From: the human T2T-CHM13v2.0 reference genome, Homo sapiens | Assembly: GCF_009914755.1 (NCBI RefSeq) | Contig: NC_060935.1 | Length of the DNA: 64,000 nt | Direction: 5' to 3' (one strand) | In this document: positions 37,660 through 52,243 of the stretch, piece by piece | Numbering within the stretch: the first letter of the stretch is position 1 | Layout: every line of letters begins with the position of its first letter | Notes under the pieces: model-generated | Told to the model about the DNA's origin: nothing | Database searches by the model: none | Seen by the model: the letters and a program-made list of their open reading frames with translations, nothing else | Translations under genes and position numbers: made by a program

Positions 37660-38355
37660 GAATTTTGCTGGGAATTAATATTAAATACTCACTGGAATCC
37701 ATCTTTACCAACTTTAGTGGAATTCAGCCTATCTACAGCTCTCCTTTCCACTTTGTTTCTCAGAAATTCTCAGCAATGGTTTCATGAACCACTGGGAGGT
37801 CATTTGCCTATGATTTTGTCCACCTGGCTCTTACTTACCCTTCAAAACTCAGTATTTACATCTTTCAGGATATCTCCCAACAGAATACAAAGTATGCTAC
37901 CTCCCCGGGCTCTAATGGTACTTGGTACGTATGTGAAACATCCCCAACATTTACCATACTGTTGAAATTTATCTGAAATTCAGTTTTTCATTCTAGGGTA
38001 TAATCTCTAAAATACAGCTATGTTCTATTAATCTACATATCTCCAGTACTTAGGCAAGAATATACAATTTGAAAGCTTAGTTAAAGCACTGAAAAAAGGA
38101 GCAAATAAAAAGTTCCCTATAACTGAACCTCAGCATTGTTTTTAAGGAAGATTCCAACAAAATGAACCACAGCTAAGTCTCATCATTACTCTAACACTGA
38201 TGTCGAGAAGTCCTCTCTCTGTGATCCATCTCATTTCTAGGCTGATGGACCCTCCATAAAGAGACAAGTTGGTGTATAGGCATCAGCAAAGAAAACTATT
38301 TTAAACAGCTCTTTGGAAACTGTCACCTCTTTTCTGTTCTCAACTAACCCCCCTA

Positions 38356-38723
<368 letters not shown>

Positions 38724-38754
38724 TCAAAATCCTGACAGCCCCAAAGATACATAC

Positions 38755-38848
38755 CACAGGCAAATCTCCATCATCTTCCTCTTCCTCCTTTTCTAGTTTG
38801 GTTGTGGAGATAGCTGTCCAGCTCACATCATCATCCACAATCCGCATT
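38755..38848 (-). CDS. BUD13: BUD13 exon 2
   Basis: tttag|A ATG CGG ATT GTG GAT... (MRIVDDDVSW...GDLPV); donor GTATGT. Confidence 0.95.
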
Positions 38849-38922
38849 CTAAATGAGAATAAGAAGATCAAAAAGAGTCATTCTAGGATACCAGCATAAA
38901 AACATTTATCTATTGGTTTTAA

Positions 38923-39690
<768 letters not shown>

Positions 39691-40424
39691 GAAACTCTTT
39701 CTCATTCCAGGAAACTCTTCCTCATTCTTCAGGTCCTAACACAAATTTAACTTCCTTTGGCAAACTTTTCTTGACTGCTTCACCCAATTCCCTCACCATC
39801 CCACACTCACTCAAGACTAAGAACCCTTGTTAAAAACTCTTGGAATACTTTCATTGCATTTATCATAAAGAAAATATATCGATTAGTTGTGTAATTAGTT
39901 GCTTAAAGCCTGTATTCCCATTAATCTATAAGCTCCACAAGAACAGGGACTATGTTTTTTTTGTTCACAGAGGCATCCTCAACACCCTACAGTAACTGGA
40001 ATACGAAATATTCAATAAATGTTTGTTACGTGGATAAACTATATAGTTGAGCCCAAATAATAACAATGACTGCCATGATGTGAAGTTATTCAAAAAGCCA
40101 GGGTCACTTAATGCAATCCCTCTAATCACAACCACCACTTAATAAAACCATTATTATTATTATTCTCATTTTAAAGATAAGGAAACTGCAGCTCAGTGAG
40201 ATGAAACACCTTGCCCAAGGGTACACAGCCTATAAAGTGGCACAGCTAGGATTCGAACTCTGACCAGTGCTGCTCCAACACTCAAGCTACTTTCATCACA
40301 TGGCACTGCCTCCAAAGGATCCACACAAGTCAGCGAGGCAGAAAGACGAAGACAATAATAAGGCAAGCACCAAACCAGAAAAGAACTTGGACTAGTTCTT
40401 TAGAACAATGTGACTTCACTGGGT

Positions 40425-40860
40425 ATCTCAGTGCCTTAGGGTTACTGTAACAAAGTACCACAAATTGCGTGGCATAAAACAACAGAAACTCTCTCGCAGT
40501 TCTGGAAGCTAGCAATCTGAAATCCAGGTGTCTGCAAGGCCATCCTCCCTGGAAAGTCTCTAGCAGAGAATCTTTCCTTGCCTCTCCCAGCTTCTGGTAG
40601 CCCCAAGCATACCTTGGCTTTTGGCAACATAAATCCAATCCAATCTCAGCCTTCATCTAGACATGGTCGTTTTTCCTTTGTTGCTGTGTCTGTATCCATA
40701 CTTCCCTCTTTTTAAAAGGCAAACAGTCATCTTGGATTTGGCACCCACCTTAATCAAGTATGACCTCATCTTAACTGATTACATCTCCAAAGACCCTATT
40801 TCTAAATGTCACATTCTGTGGTTCTGGGTGGAAAACGATTTGGTAGGGCCCACTACACTG
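40425..40860. mobile_element. MLT1-type LTR
   Basis: ctgtaacaaagtaccacaaa...aaacaacagaaa...gacctcatcttaactgattacatct motifs. Confidence 0.75.
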
Positions 40861-41199
40861 GGCCACAAAGTTGTCCCATATGAAAATAATACCCACTTCA
40901 TGGTAGTGTGGTGAGGCTTAAATAAACTTATATATGTTTAAATTTCTTATAATGGTGCCTGGCAAGAAAAGTATAACTATATAAATGTTAGCTTCTCACG
41001 TTAGGACTATTACTAAGAGTAACAGGAGGTGATCAAAGGTCTCTGATTCAGAACCAAGTCCTTGGGATCTGGGAATCCCCACAGGCAGGTACCGGGCCCT
41101 AAAGATCCAAGCACAGAGGCTTTGAATCCGCTCCATTATTCTCGAGGCACAATATTCATTCTCTATGGGAGAGGACGGAAGTCTACCAAGGCGGGAAAA

Positions 41200-42000
41200 G
41201 AGTAATCAAAGTTACACCCCGGCTTTAACGCACTGACGCTACTGCTCAGAGGCTCGAGATGTAAGCGGGGCGGCAGAGGCAAGGCGGGGGGCCTCAAGCG
41301 ATGTGAGTGGGGCCCTGAGCATGAGCAGGGGTCGGCGGAGAAGCCTAGAGACCCGCCAAGAGGGAAGGAACTGCCGGGCGGCCGAGGGCGGAGTTGGGAA
41401 GGGGTGGCTAGACGTCGCAGGCCCCGCCCCGGCCGGTACCAACTCACCCCTTGCCGCCGGCCCCGCCAGGCTTCGGCCGCTTTTTGCGACGCTTGCGACC
41501 GGACTCAGATCCCCGGTCGACGCCGGCATCTGCCCCGGACAAGTAACGCTTCAGATACTCGGCCTTGGAAAGCGGCGGAGCTGCCGCCATGGCAGCGGCG
41601 GGGGCAGAGAGACGGGTCGGCGCTGGGGACAAAATGCCTCAACGCGTAACGGACGCCAGCCACCCGACAGGGCGGGGCCACGGCCGGAAGTGGCGGAGAG
41701 TGCTAAGAATCGCGCGGCTGGCAGGTGCGGCCACCGGGACGCGCTCGCAGGCTAGCCAGGGACGTGCGCACCTTCGGGGCGCTCCACAGCCCTGGGACGA
41801 CGCCACCAGGTTTCTTCTCTTCATTCACTCACCCACCCACCCACCCATCCATCCAACCGCAGCAAGCGCTGTTCTATGAGGCCACAACCTGACCCAAAGG
41901 ACCCCGCCCCCATCGGCCGCCTAAACTCCAGAGCACGAGCAAGAAAGTGGAGGGCCACGGGCTGCAGCGTAGCCGAGTTTGAATACTGGTTCCATAGCTG
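41200..42000. promoter_or_regulatory. BUD13 CpG-island promoter with GC box (41670-41677) and ETS motif CCGGAAGTG (41684-41692)
   Basis: CpG-dense stretch around exon 1; motifs read directly; no TATA box seen. Confidence 0.85.
41448..41590 (-). CDS. BUD13: BUD13 coding exon 1
   Basis: gccATGG Kozak at 41590; MAAAPPLSKAEYLKRYLSG...GKG; donor GG|GTGAGT. Confidence 0.97.
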
Positions 42001-42445
42001 GCTAGCTGTACGACCTCGGGCAAGTTATCACAAAACAGGGAGAATCCCGGCACCTAACTCGGAACGGTCACAGGCTGAGATGATATTACTGTGTGAAGTG
42101 CGCAGAGCGGTGTTGGGCACATGGTCATCGGAACTATGTTCGTTATTTTTATAAGTATCTTTAAGTGGGGGGAATCTGCTCCACTAGGCTTCCAGGTACC
42201 TACCGTCCAAGAAAGGAAGCCAGGAAGTGCAAACCAACATAATTACTATGAAAAACGTAGTTTCTAAGACCTGTGTAACTCTTCTAGTGTTCTATTACAA
42301 GTAGCCCCCAGTTATCTCTTGAAGGAAACTGTAAAACAATCTTGCCAATGAGAAGGACGGACCTGGATCATTTTTTAGCATAGTAAAAGAGAGAAACCAG
42401 AGAGAATGAATTCTAACACTCAAGTTTTGGGGGGAAAGAAAAGAC

Positions 42446-42451
42446 TTTATT
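42446..42451 (-). terminator. candidate distal ZPR1 poly(A) signal (~5.1-kb 3'UTR)
   Basis: AATAAA on the minus strand followed by T-rich sequence; fits my recollection of a long ZPR1 3'UTR isoform. Confidence 0.55.
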
Positions 42452-42711
42452 CTTTGCAGGGGGTTTAGAGCTTTACCTGAATTATCTCATTTAACCCTCA
42501 CAATTCTCAAATCGTTTCATTATCATATTTTACAGATAAGAACTGAAGCGTGGCAAGATTAAGGAAGTTGCTCAACTTCACATAGTCAGAACATGACTCT
42601 AGGGAGTAGAGGCTAGCGAAGTGGGGTGCAAGAGGTCATCCAAATTTCTTGAAATACCAGATCTTTTTACCTCATCATATATGTTAGATTGTCAGTTTTA
42701 TCGTTTTCTTC

Positions 42712-42980
42712 CCAGCTTTATTATTTGACAAAAAATTATATATATTCAAGGTGTACAATGTGATGACTGGATATAATTATACATTGTGTAATGATTACCA
42801 AAATCAAATTAAGTAAAACATCCTTCACTAATTTATGTAGTAGTTCGGTGGGGGGGCACTTAAGCAAATTTGTCTTAGCAAACTTCAAGTAAACAATACA
42901 GAATTATTAGCTATAGTCAACATGTTGTACATTAGATTCCCAGAACTTGTCTTAAAACTGAAAACTTGTACCATTTGAGA
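42712..42980 (-). mobile_element. L1MA-like 3' end
   Basis: Antisense L1 3'UTR (aaggtgtacaatgtgatg...ctatagtcaacatgttgtacattaga). Confidence 0.7.
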
Positions 42981-43804
42981 GAGAAGTTTTAGTGTTACTG
43001 AAATCACAGACTTCTGACAGAATTTGCAGGATGCTATACACAACTACACAAAAGTGCAAACAATAGTTTCTTGGACCAAGAGTCAAAAAGGTCACTTTTT
43101 TAATATATTAGTCAAGCAGACAGGGCTATACTTTATAAATAAATACACATTATCTGGGGATAAGTGTTTAAAAAATTCTTTACTTATATAATACAAAACA
43201 GGCTTGGGGATCAGTCTTGAAGCATGAATTTTTACCCAGTGGGCCATGTTGAGGGGGTTGCAGCACAGGCCCAGAAAGGAAAGCAGGCTGGGGCTCTGAG
43301 GGCTTGTGAGACGAGGACGCTGGGCTGAGAAGATAGGGCTTCACTAGGCGGAGGGCCCCAGGGTACCCCATACACAAGCCTGCCTTGGCTTCTCGTCCAA
43401 TTTGGTGCATCTCACACTACACAGCCCTGCCCCACCCTGGTGTCAGCAGGCATTCAGAAAGCCTCACACTTCTGCTCCAGTGAACACTGCCAGGATAGCC
43501 CTCTGAACTTCCACCCACCCATCTTCTGCCCATTTGTTTTCTTTGTCTTCAATTCCACTGCTACCCATCCTACCCCAGTCCCTTAGCCTGACAAGGCCCA
43601 AGTGTCTCCACCCTGTGCTGCAGGGCAGTTAAGCAGGATCAGATGCCGTGCCAATGGCCTGCTCTGAGCTTTGGCCTCTCTCTGCAGTTGTATCTAATAG
43701 AACAAATACAGTAATTGTGGAGCTGAGCTTAAAATATTCAGACCTCAGGTTTCAGAGTCTGACTGGCATGGGTTTGACACCTGCCTCTTAGAAGCTCTAC
43801 TTCT

Positions 43805-44361
<557 letters not shown>

Positions 44362-45978
44362 CTAATTATCCCCATTTTACAGACTAGGAAAACAAGCATT
44401 GGAAGTGCCAATACTAAACTGAGGTGAACGCACAAAATAAGCAGCTTTTTCTCTCCACAGTTGGAAACACTGCCATTTGCCTTAAAAAGAAGTGTGTAAA
44501 AAACATTTTTTAATAGGAATAAAGCCAAGTAGTCTTAGCCACCACTGCCCTAAATGTAAGCAGAGACACCATTTTCTGCAGTGTGCATCAGGCACATACC
44601 ACAGGTGTACAAAGAAGGAAATATACTGATGTTAGAATGAAAGTGTTGCCATCATTAAAGTTTTCAGTTGGCCAAGTCAACTGCCCTTCATACTTGCTCC
44701 CAACACTCACCTCCCCTCCTCCACTCATCATGACACAGATGTACATTCAGTACCTACCTGTATGTTCGTCCACACGTCTAATGACCGAACATGGCTGCAT
44801 TTCACATACTTGACCCATGAAAGTAGGAGGCGTGCCCTCATGCATGAACCACTTTCCTTTTTTAACACAATCACAAACCTTTTCCACTTAAATGTTACTC
44901 ATGGCTGTGAAACTGAATCCACATGTTCCTGGCACTTTGACTCACCTACCCTGGCCTTAAAGCGAGACCCTTTCCCTATCTTTTTACCTATAGATGTTAT
45001 CCCTAGTGTCCTAATAGGGTTTAATCTATGATGGAGGATTTTAACAGATTTTATTAACCATGTGTCATATGCTGGGTGCTGTGGAGCAAGACTCAGTTAA
45101 CTATATGTAAGCTCCCATCCTGACACACTTTATGAAATGAGAAAGGAGCTGAAAGATAATTCAAGAGAAGGGTATGAAACTGAAGAATGCCTTGTCATCA
45201 AAGGGCAGGAAGTACCTTAGCTGGGTTATCCCAGTCTGGCACCTGGTCCTCAGTCTTCAAGTTCAGAAACTCAGGTCATCATTTCCTAGGAACTGGGTGG
45301 ATTCTGGGAGATTGCCTCACACCAACCAAACTCACAAGAGATTCAGTAATAAGCCAGAGTGCCATTTTTTTTCCTTCACAATGGAAAATGAACCTGATAC
45401 TGCAGTTTATCTTAACAGAGCACACCTACACTATGGGGAAGTCTACTTAAGAGACCAAATGATAGATCAGAGGGTTGTCTGGTAAACTTAGATTCCCAAG
45501 TCAGCTGGAAACATATCTAGAGATAATCTCTTAGGGTAGAATAGTTGCCTGTGAGAAGTTTGCCCAAAGTACTGAAGCTTTATAGTTTGAATGAGTCATT
45601 TGCTAACCTGAGTCTCCAAACACCTTACTCTCGCCCTCACTTACAGAAATTAGAGATACAGGTATGGAAGTTAGTCCCACATGATAGTAAGATGCCAAAG
45701 AATCTGATATGGAGAGATGTCTGAAAGCAGAACTCTCAGAAACAAATTTAGTAAGAGGGGAGGAGGCAAAGTGTCCAAATAAGAAATATTCAAAGTGAAG
45801 GGAAAACCAAGGGTACAGTATCTCGAGAGCCAAAAGAAGGGTTAAGAAGAGATGGTCCACTATCAAATGTGACAGAAATAGATAACACTTTCCAAGTGGA
45901 AAATCACTTGTGACCTTTGAGAGTAGTTTAACAGAGCAACGAGAGTAGATGTCTGATTGCTAAATCATCTCTAACTCA

Positions 45979-46347
<369 letters not shown>

Positions 46348-47195
46348 TCAATGAACTGGTCTTTATTGAACAAATACCCTGCAGTCTGCACCACAGGAGT
46401 CACCTTTTGTTTATGAGAGGCAGGAGACTACAGTGCAAAGAACACTGGCTGGGAAGTCCAGGGCCCAAGCAGCAGAGTGTTCACTGGTCCTTAACTTTCA
46501 GAAGAACTGCAGAGAGCCTCCTTTCTCTCTGGATGAATGTGTTTCAACATTTCTAACTGAGAGTAGGGCTAACTGATCAGGTACCCCCACTGGCTCTAAC
46601 CTCACAGCTCTAGCATTTGCAGTTCCCTCTGCCAGGAAATCTCTTCCCCCAGATACCCACACAGCTCACTCCCTGACCTCCTCCTCAGCTTTGCCCAAAT
46701 GTCAAATTATCACCTTCTTGTTCAGAAGATCTTCCCTACTCCCCATTTCCTTGCACAACCCAGCCCCATTCCCTGCTTTACATTCCTCCATGACACTAAT
46801 CACCATCTGATGTACTGTTTTCCTCATCTGTTTATTGTCATTTTTCCCCACTAGACTTCAAGTTCCATGAAAGAGATTTATTTTGTCCTCTGTTCTGTGG
46901 TGTGCTTGGCATAAAGTAGATAAGCAAGCATCTGCTGAAGGAATGAATTAAATGCCAGCTGCAATCCCCAAATTACAGTAGATACACGGGAAAATTTTCT
47001 TTAGGAGGCTGAATTCTAACAGCATGATATCAAACAAGGATAGGGTCAATACAGAGGCCAGTGCTGTTTGAAAGTCATCATTTCAATGGTAACTCCTTCA
47101 CTTGTGCTGGACTCGGTCTCCCCTCAGGAGACTCCTTTCCTGTTCAAAGTCAGTATTTTATATACTCAAAACCAACAACAAACTCCAGGTGTAAC

Positions 47196-47201
47196 TTTAT
47201 T
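47196..47201 (-). terminator. ZPR1 proximal poly(A) signal AATAAA
   Basis: First tttatt (+) after the stop; followed on the minus strand by GT-rich TTTGTTGTTGGTTTTG. Confidence 0.8.
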
Positions 47202-47548
47202 CCACCTTCTCCAACTTCAGAGTTCCAACCTTAGAGGATAGAGCATTATGTGGAAGGAGGGTGAGGACTTGATATGAAAAAAGTGATGACATACCCCTGG
47301 TTCATTTCTGGGTTTCCTCCTAGGCCAATTCAAAACTTCCAAAATAAGGTCAAGTAACACAATAGGCTCACACTTGCATCACAAGCTGTTTAGAAAGTGT
47401 GCACAGATCTCTGACTCAGACCAGATGTCCTCCCCACCATGGGCAAGGGCTGGTGGGAAAGACACTCCCAGCCTTCGCCTTCATCCAATACTAATAAATA
47501 ACCTACAGAAAGAGCAGCGCTGGAGGCTGGCCCTTGAGCCACCCACTG

Positions 47549-47683
47549 CTACCGTTGCGGAGCCAGGCCTGCCTCATAGCCCTCTGTCTTCATGTCATTG
47601 AGCCCTAGCTCCTCATTTTGGTCAAAGGTGCGCTTGTAACGCTCCACCTTCATCTCAGGATCATCTTCAGGCGCATACACATT
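47549..47683 (-). CDS. ZPR1: ZPR1 exon 14, coding part with stop
   Basis: [47 protein letters not shown]. Confidence 0.96.
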   Translation of the reverse strand, partial: NVYAPEDDPEMKVERYKRTFDQNEELGLNDMKTEGYEAGLAPQR

Positions 47684-48395
47684 CTGCAAGGTCAAGGAGA
47701 GACAATCAGTGCCGCTGTGCCACTCCCCCTCTCTGCAGGCAGCTTCCAATTCCCACCTTCCCAAGAACAGAATGAGTTTTGGGTTTTTTTCTTTTTATTG
47801 GCCTCCAATTTCCCATGGCTAGACTGAACTAGTGGGTAGCAACAGAGCCCACATGGGCCAGGGGTAGAAGACCCCAGCCCCAGAATCAGGGAACAATCCA
47901 CCTATTTTGTTATATCTGCACCTTCTTATGAAAAGTATGACAAATGGTCTTAATCTTGGAAAGAACTTAGAAGAGTTTTGCCTGACCCATGGTAAGTATC
48001 CAATAAATGGTAAAGGTACATCAATCACCAGACTCTCTCCTCAGTCAACTTAAAGCCTATCAGTTTCCTATCTTGGCCTCCGGACAAGGTACCATTTCTC
48101 CTCAATCCATAATCAGATTTGCAAAATGAAAACTCCAGAACTGGGACAAGAGCTTGACTACAGAAAAAAAAGGGGCCTCAGAGTATCCTTTTTTTTTCCT
48201 TCTTTACATACACTTAAAAAAAAAATCCCCTCCCACACCCCCCTCTTTTCTCCCTTATGTATCTTCTAACTTCTGCCTCCTTGGTAAAAAGCAGTCCATT
48301 TAGAATCAAGTCTTTCAGTTTCTAGGGAAATGATACATATTCAAGGAAGATCAGAAAATGTATCTCTATGAAACATCAGGGAAGGTCTACTATAC

Positions 48396-48461
48396 CTGCA
48401 AGTAACTGTTTCCTGCTGGATCATCCATAATAAAGTGGGCCTTCATGTTACCTTCGATGAT
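48396..48461 (-). CDS. ZPR1: ZPR1 exon 13
   Basis: IIEGNMKAHFIMDDPAGNSYLQ; ctttag| acceptor, GTATAG donor. Confidence 0.95.
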
Positions 48462-48523
48462 CTAAAGGAGAGAGAGAACACAGCAAGTAAATTTTACATA
48501 ACCCCTGGTAAAAAGAGGCTATG

Positions 48524-48726
48524 TCGGGGGAGGGGGGAGGGATAGCATTAGGAGATATACCTAATGTAAATGACTAGTTAATGGGTACAGCACACCAACA
48601 TGGCACATGTATACATATGTAACAAACCTGCACGTTGTGCACATGTACCCTAGAACTTAAGTATAATAAATATATATATAAATAAAAAAAGAAATGAAAT
48701 AAATGAAAGTAAAGAAAAATTTTTAA
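48524..48726 (+). mobile_element. 5'-truncated primate L1PA 3' end
   Basis: gggatagcattaggagatatacctaatgtaaatgac...tgtaccctagaacttaagtataataaa; 14-bp TSD aaaaagaggctatg (48510-48523 / 48727-48740). Confidence 0.93.
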
Positions 48727-48728
48727 AA

Positions 48729-49276
48729 AAAGAGGCTATGCCTGCCAGACAAGAACCAACCCAATTTATATTACAGAATCCCCAAAAGTTTTAAGAATTG
48801 GTGAAATTAGGTAGCTCTGAAAGTAGAGGGGAAAGGTTCTAAAATAAGGACTGTTAGAAAAGCCAACATCAGCAAGCTGTGGACTAGGGGGTGCTGGCCC
48901 AGTTGAAGGTAGAGGGAAAGGAATCAAGAACAAGTAGGTTAAATGAATGTAAGCTTATGGGAAACAGAATACATACACACCCCAGCCCCCTTCCCACAGC
49001 TCTCAGAACACTGCCAGCCAAGTCTTTACCCTCAGGCCAGGAAATGGAGCAGCCACAGTCATTTAACCTCCTTGTTCTTGAGTCCTTTCCCTCTACCTTC
49101 AACTGGGCCAGCACCCCCTGGTCCACAGCTTGCTGATGTTGGCTTTTCTAACAGTCCTTATTTTAGATCCTTTCCCCTCTACTTTCAGAGCTACCTAATT
49201 TCACCAATTCTTAAAACTTTGGAGGATTCTGTAATATAAATTGGGTTGGTTCTTGTCTGGCAGGCATAGCCTCTTT
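48729..49276. repeat. long inverted repeat: arms 48729-48950 and 49055-49276, 104-bp spacer
   Basis: Hand alignment gives 7 mismatches in about 222 bp; mirrored ORFs 48884(-) and 48891(+) reflect it. Confidence 0.96.
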
Positions 49277-49439
49277 GTCTGACTAGCCCAAGAGGAAAGA
49301 CCTAACAATTCTGGCATTGGAGGCCACCTCAGCAAAACAGCTAAGTTAAATTCCCCTGTAATAAGCCCCATGTCAACAAGGCTCACCCCCTACTCAGGTC
49401 TTTAGCCCGCTACTTGTAAGAAGACAATCAATGATTATC

Positions 49440-50350
49440 AGACATCTGAGCAAAGCCCTTAACACTGAAAGATGGGAAATCAAATGGGGAAAAAAAGGAT
49501 GCAAGGAGAATAAAATGTCAAAAAAGATCCAACATCAGTATCAATAAGTGCTATATAAACTGCATGCTGAAAAAATTTAAAAAATAATAATCCTCAAGAA
49601 GAAAAAATACTACATCCTTAAGACAGGATGCTATTTTTTAAAAAGCTCCTTGGAAAATAAAAGTTTTAGTGGAAATGAAAACCTCAATTGAAGGGTTGGA
49701 AAATAAAGTTGAGGGAATCTCCCAAAGAAGAACAAAAAAACCAAGAAACCAAAAATAGGACCAAAAAAAGAGTAAATTATAGAAGACCAGACAAGTAAGT
49801 CTAATATCTAAAACCCAGGAGTTTTCAGAAAGAACAGAAAAAAAAAATCAGAAAAAAGATAATCTTCAATAGAATAATTCATGAAAGCTTCCTAGAACTG
49901 AACCACATGAGTTTTCCAGACTGAAAAAATACATCTACCAAGTGCTTAGCCCAGTGGATGAAAACTGACCCACACCAAGGCACACCCTGAAATTTCACAT
50001 CAAAGGAAACGAAGAGATCACAAGACTAGGTCACATATAAAAGACCAGGAATCAAATGGCTTCAGACTTCTCAATAGCCAAAGTGGAAGACTATAGTACA
50101 ATGTCTTTACCAAACTGGAAGACCATAGTGCAGTCTTCGAAATTCTGATAAAAAATTATTTCTATCCTAGAATCGTATTCCCAGCCAATAATCACTCTAG
50201 TGTGATAACAGAATAAAGACATGTTCAGATGTGGAAGGTCCCAGAAATTTTATTTCCCATGCACTTTTTCCCAGGAAGCTACTGGAGAAGATGCTCTAAC
50301 AAAATAAGGGAGAAAAACAAGAAAGAAGACATGGAATATAGAAAACCAGA
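49440..50350 (+). mobile_element. old L1M ORF1-region relic
   Basis: A-rich, with ggcttcagacttctcaatagc and cctagaatcgtattcccagccaa L1 motifs. Confidence 0.6.
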
Positions 50351-50355
50351 AGAGG

Positions 50356-50751
<396 letters not shown>

Positions 50752-50781
50752 CTAAGTACTGACTGGCCAGTGACCTCTTAC

Positions 50782-50868
50782 CTGGTCCATCTTCTGGCTA
50801 AACTCCTGTAGTCTCTCCGTCTGTCCAGGATTGGAACTGTCGCCCAGTGTGAAAGGATTTTTGGTCAC
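50782..50868 (-). CDS. ZPR1: ZPR1 exon 12
   Basis: [29 protein letters not shown]; donor GTAAG. Confidence 0.95.
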
Positions 50869-51542
50869 CTGCAATAAATGATAATCCAAACTATGTGAAT
50901 ACTGGCTTTATATTTGTTAGGCCTGACCATAAACTAGGCAGGGGGTGACAGTGGGTGCCCTGTCAGGGAAACTTGGTTTCCATTTAGCCCACACCACCTT
51001 TCTGACCAAGGCAGTCACTCCTAGGAGTCTATGGGATAATGTGCCAAGATAACAAAACTGGCAATGTAAAACAAAATCGAAACATGTTCTTAGAATATGA
51101 TCTCTGATACTAATTTGGAGAAGAAATGCAAAGAAAAAGTACAATTTACAAATACAAAATGCCCAACAGAGAATCAAGTGAAATAATTCATCAAGGAGAT
51201 AAATATTTGGGCTAAGTCAACCCATACATGTATGTTTTTTATGTTGGGAAGTTTTAGGTGCTAGAAGGACCCTCATCCCCTAACTTTACAGTAAAATAAA
51301 TGACTTGTCCAAGACCACAAAATAACTATAAAGTCCCAAAGTTAGGCCTGGAATTTCCATTCAACATTTCCCATAAACTTGTCTTCACCATCCAAAGTAA
51401 TATTTAAGTCTCTTAAACCAGCTTTAAGGCAAAGAAACCCACAGTTACCAGCACCGAAAATTAGGATGTCTGAAGTCTTCCAGTCCCTCTTCACACAGCC
51501 AAATTGCTCAAAGGTGGTTTACACACTACTCAAGTGACTCAC

Positions 51543-51653
51543 CAGTTCCCGGATGTCTTTCAGCAGCCCTTCCAGTGTGGTGAACTTGCCCCCGAGGACT
51601 GCCATTCCCAGTTCAAATTCTAGCTCTGGGATTTCCACACTGCAAGTCTCAGA
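51543..51653 (-). CDS. ZPR1: ZPR1 exon 11
   Basis: [37 protein letters not shown]; donor GTGAGT. Confidence 0.96.
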
Positions 51654-52153
51654 CTGTGAAATGAGAGGTCAGTTTAAGCTTTAAGTCAGAAGCAAAGAAA
51701 GCCAACCAGAGGCCTCCTGCCCAATTAATACCAGCAGTGATAGACTGCGGACAAGGGCAGCTGTCTCAGTTTTCTCTGACTCCCTTGTTAAAGCTTGAGA
51801 CTCACTCCTGTCCATCTGAACCACGGGAATAGATCCAACTTAATAAAGGGAAACTCAGTCATAGCTTCGAGCTGTCAGGTATCCTGTCACTAGGGGACAG
51901 ACAGAGAAGAGGACCCAGATAGACACTGGAGGCCAAAAAGCTACCAGGTCATCAGAAAGAGCTAACAGGGTCACCTTCTAAACCTGCAATTCCAATCTTA
52001 GATTAACTCCCTCTGCTCAGGGGTCCTCAAAGCCAGGGAAGTAGGAGATACCTCATGTCCCTGAACATTATTTCTAAAAGACAACTTCCCCTAGATAGAG
52101 ACAGTTTATCTAACTTATGAGGACAACAGTGACTTTCCCAAGCAGACTGTTAC

Positions 52154-52243
52154 CTTGAGGAGGTCTCTGGTCATATCTGAGGCATCTGTGATGTGGAGGG
52201 TGATCCTGGTGCCCAAGGGTTCTACTGCTCCTCCAGATTTCAC
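52154..52243 (-). CDS. ZPR1: ZPR1 exon 10
   Basis: [30 protein letters not shown]; donor GTAAC. Confidence 0.95.

Noticed and set aside
38749-38754. BUD13 intron 2 donor GTATGT, and likewise ZPR1 intron 13 donor GTATAG, as possible U12 sites
   Set aside because: They lack the ATCCT core and I saw no TCCTTAAC branch at the matching acceptors, so they are treated as U2-type.
41163-42154. Several overlapping 60-150 aa ORFs around the BUD13 promoter
   Set aside because: Stop-poor CpG-island sequence; only the 41590 ATG frame splices into a known protein.
48884-49136. Two near-identical opposite-strand ORFs (LAQLKVEGK...STFNWASTP)
   Set aside because: They are a by-product of the inverted repeat, not a gene pair.
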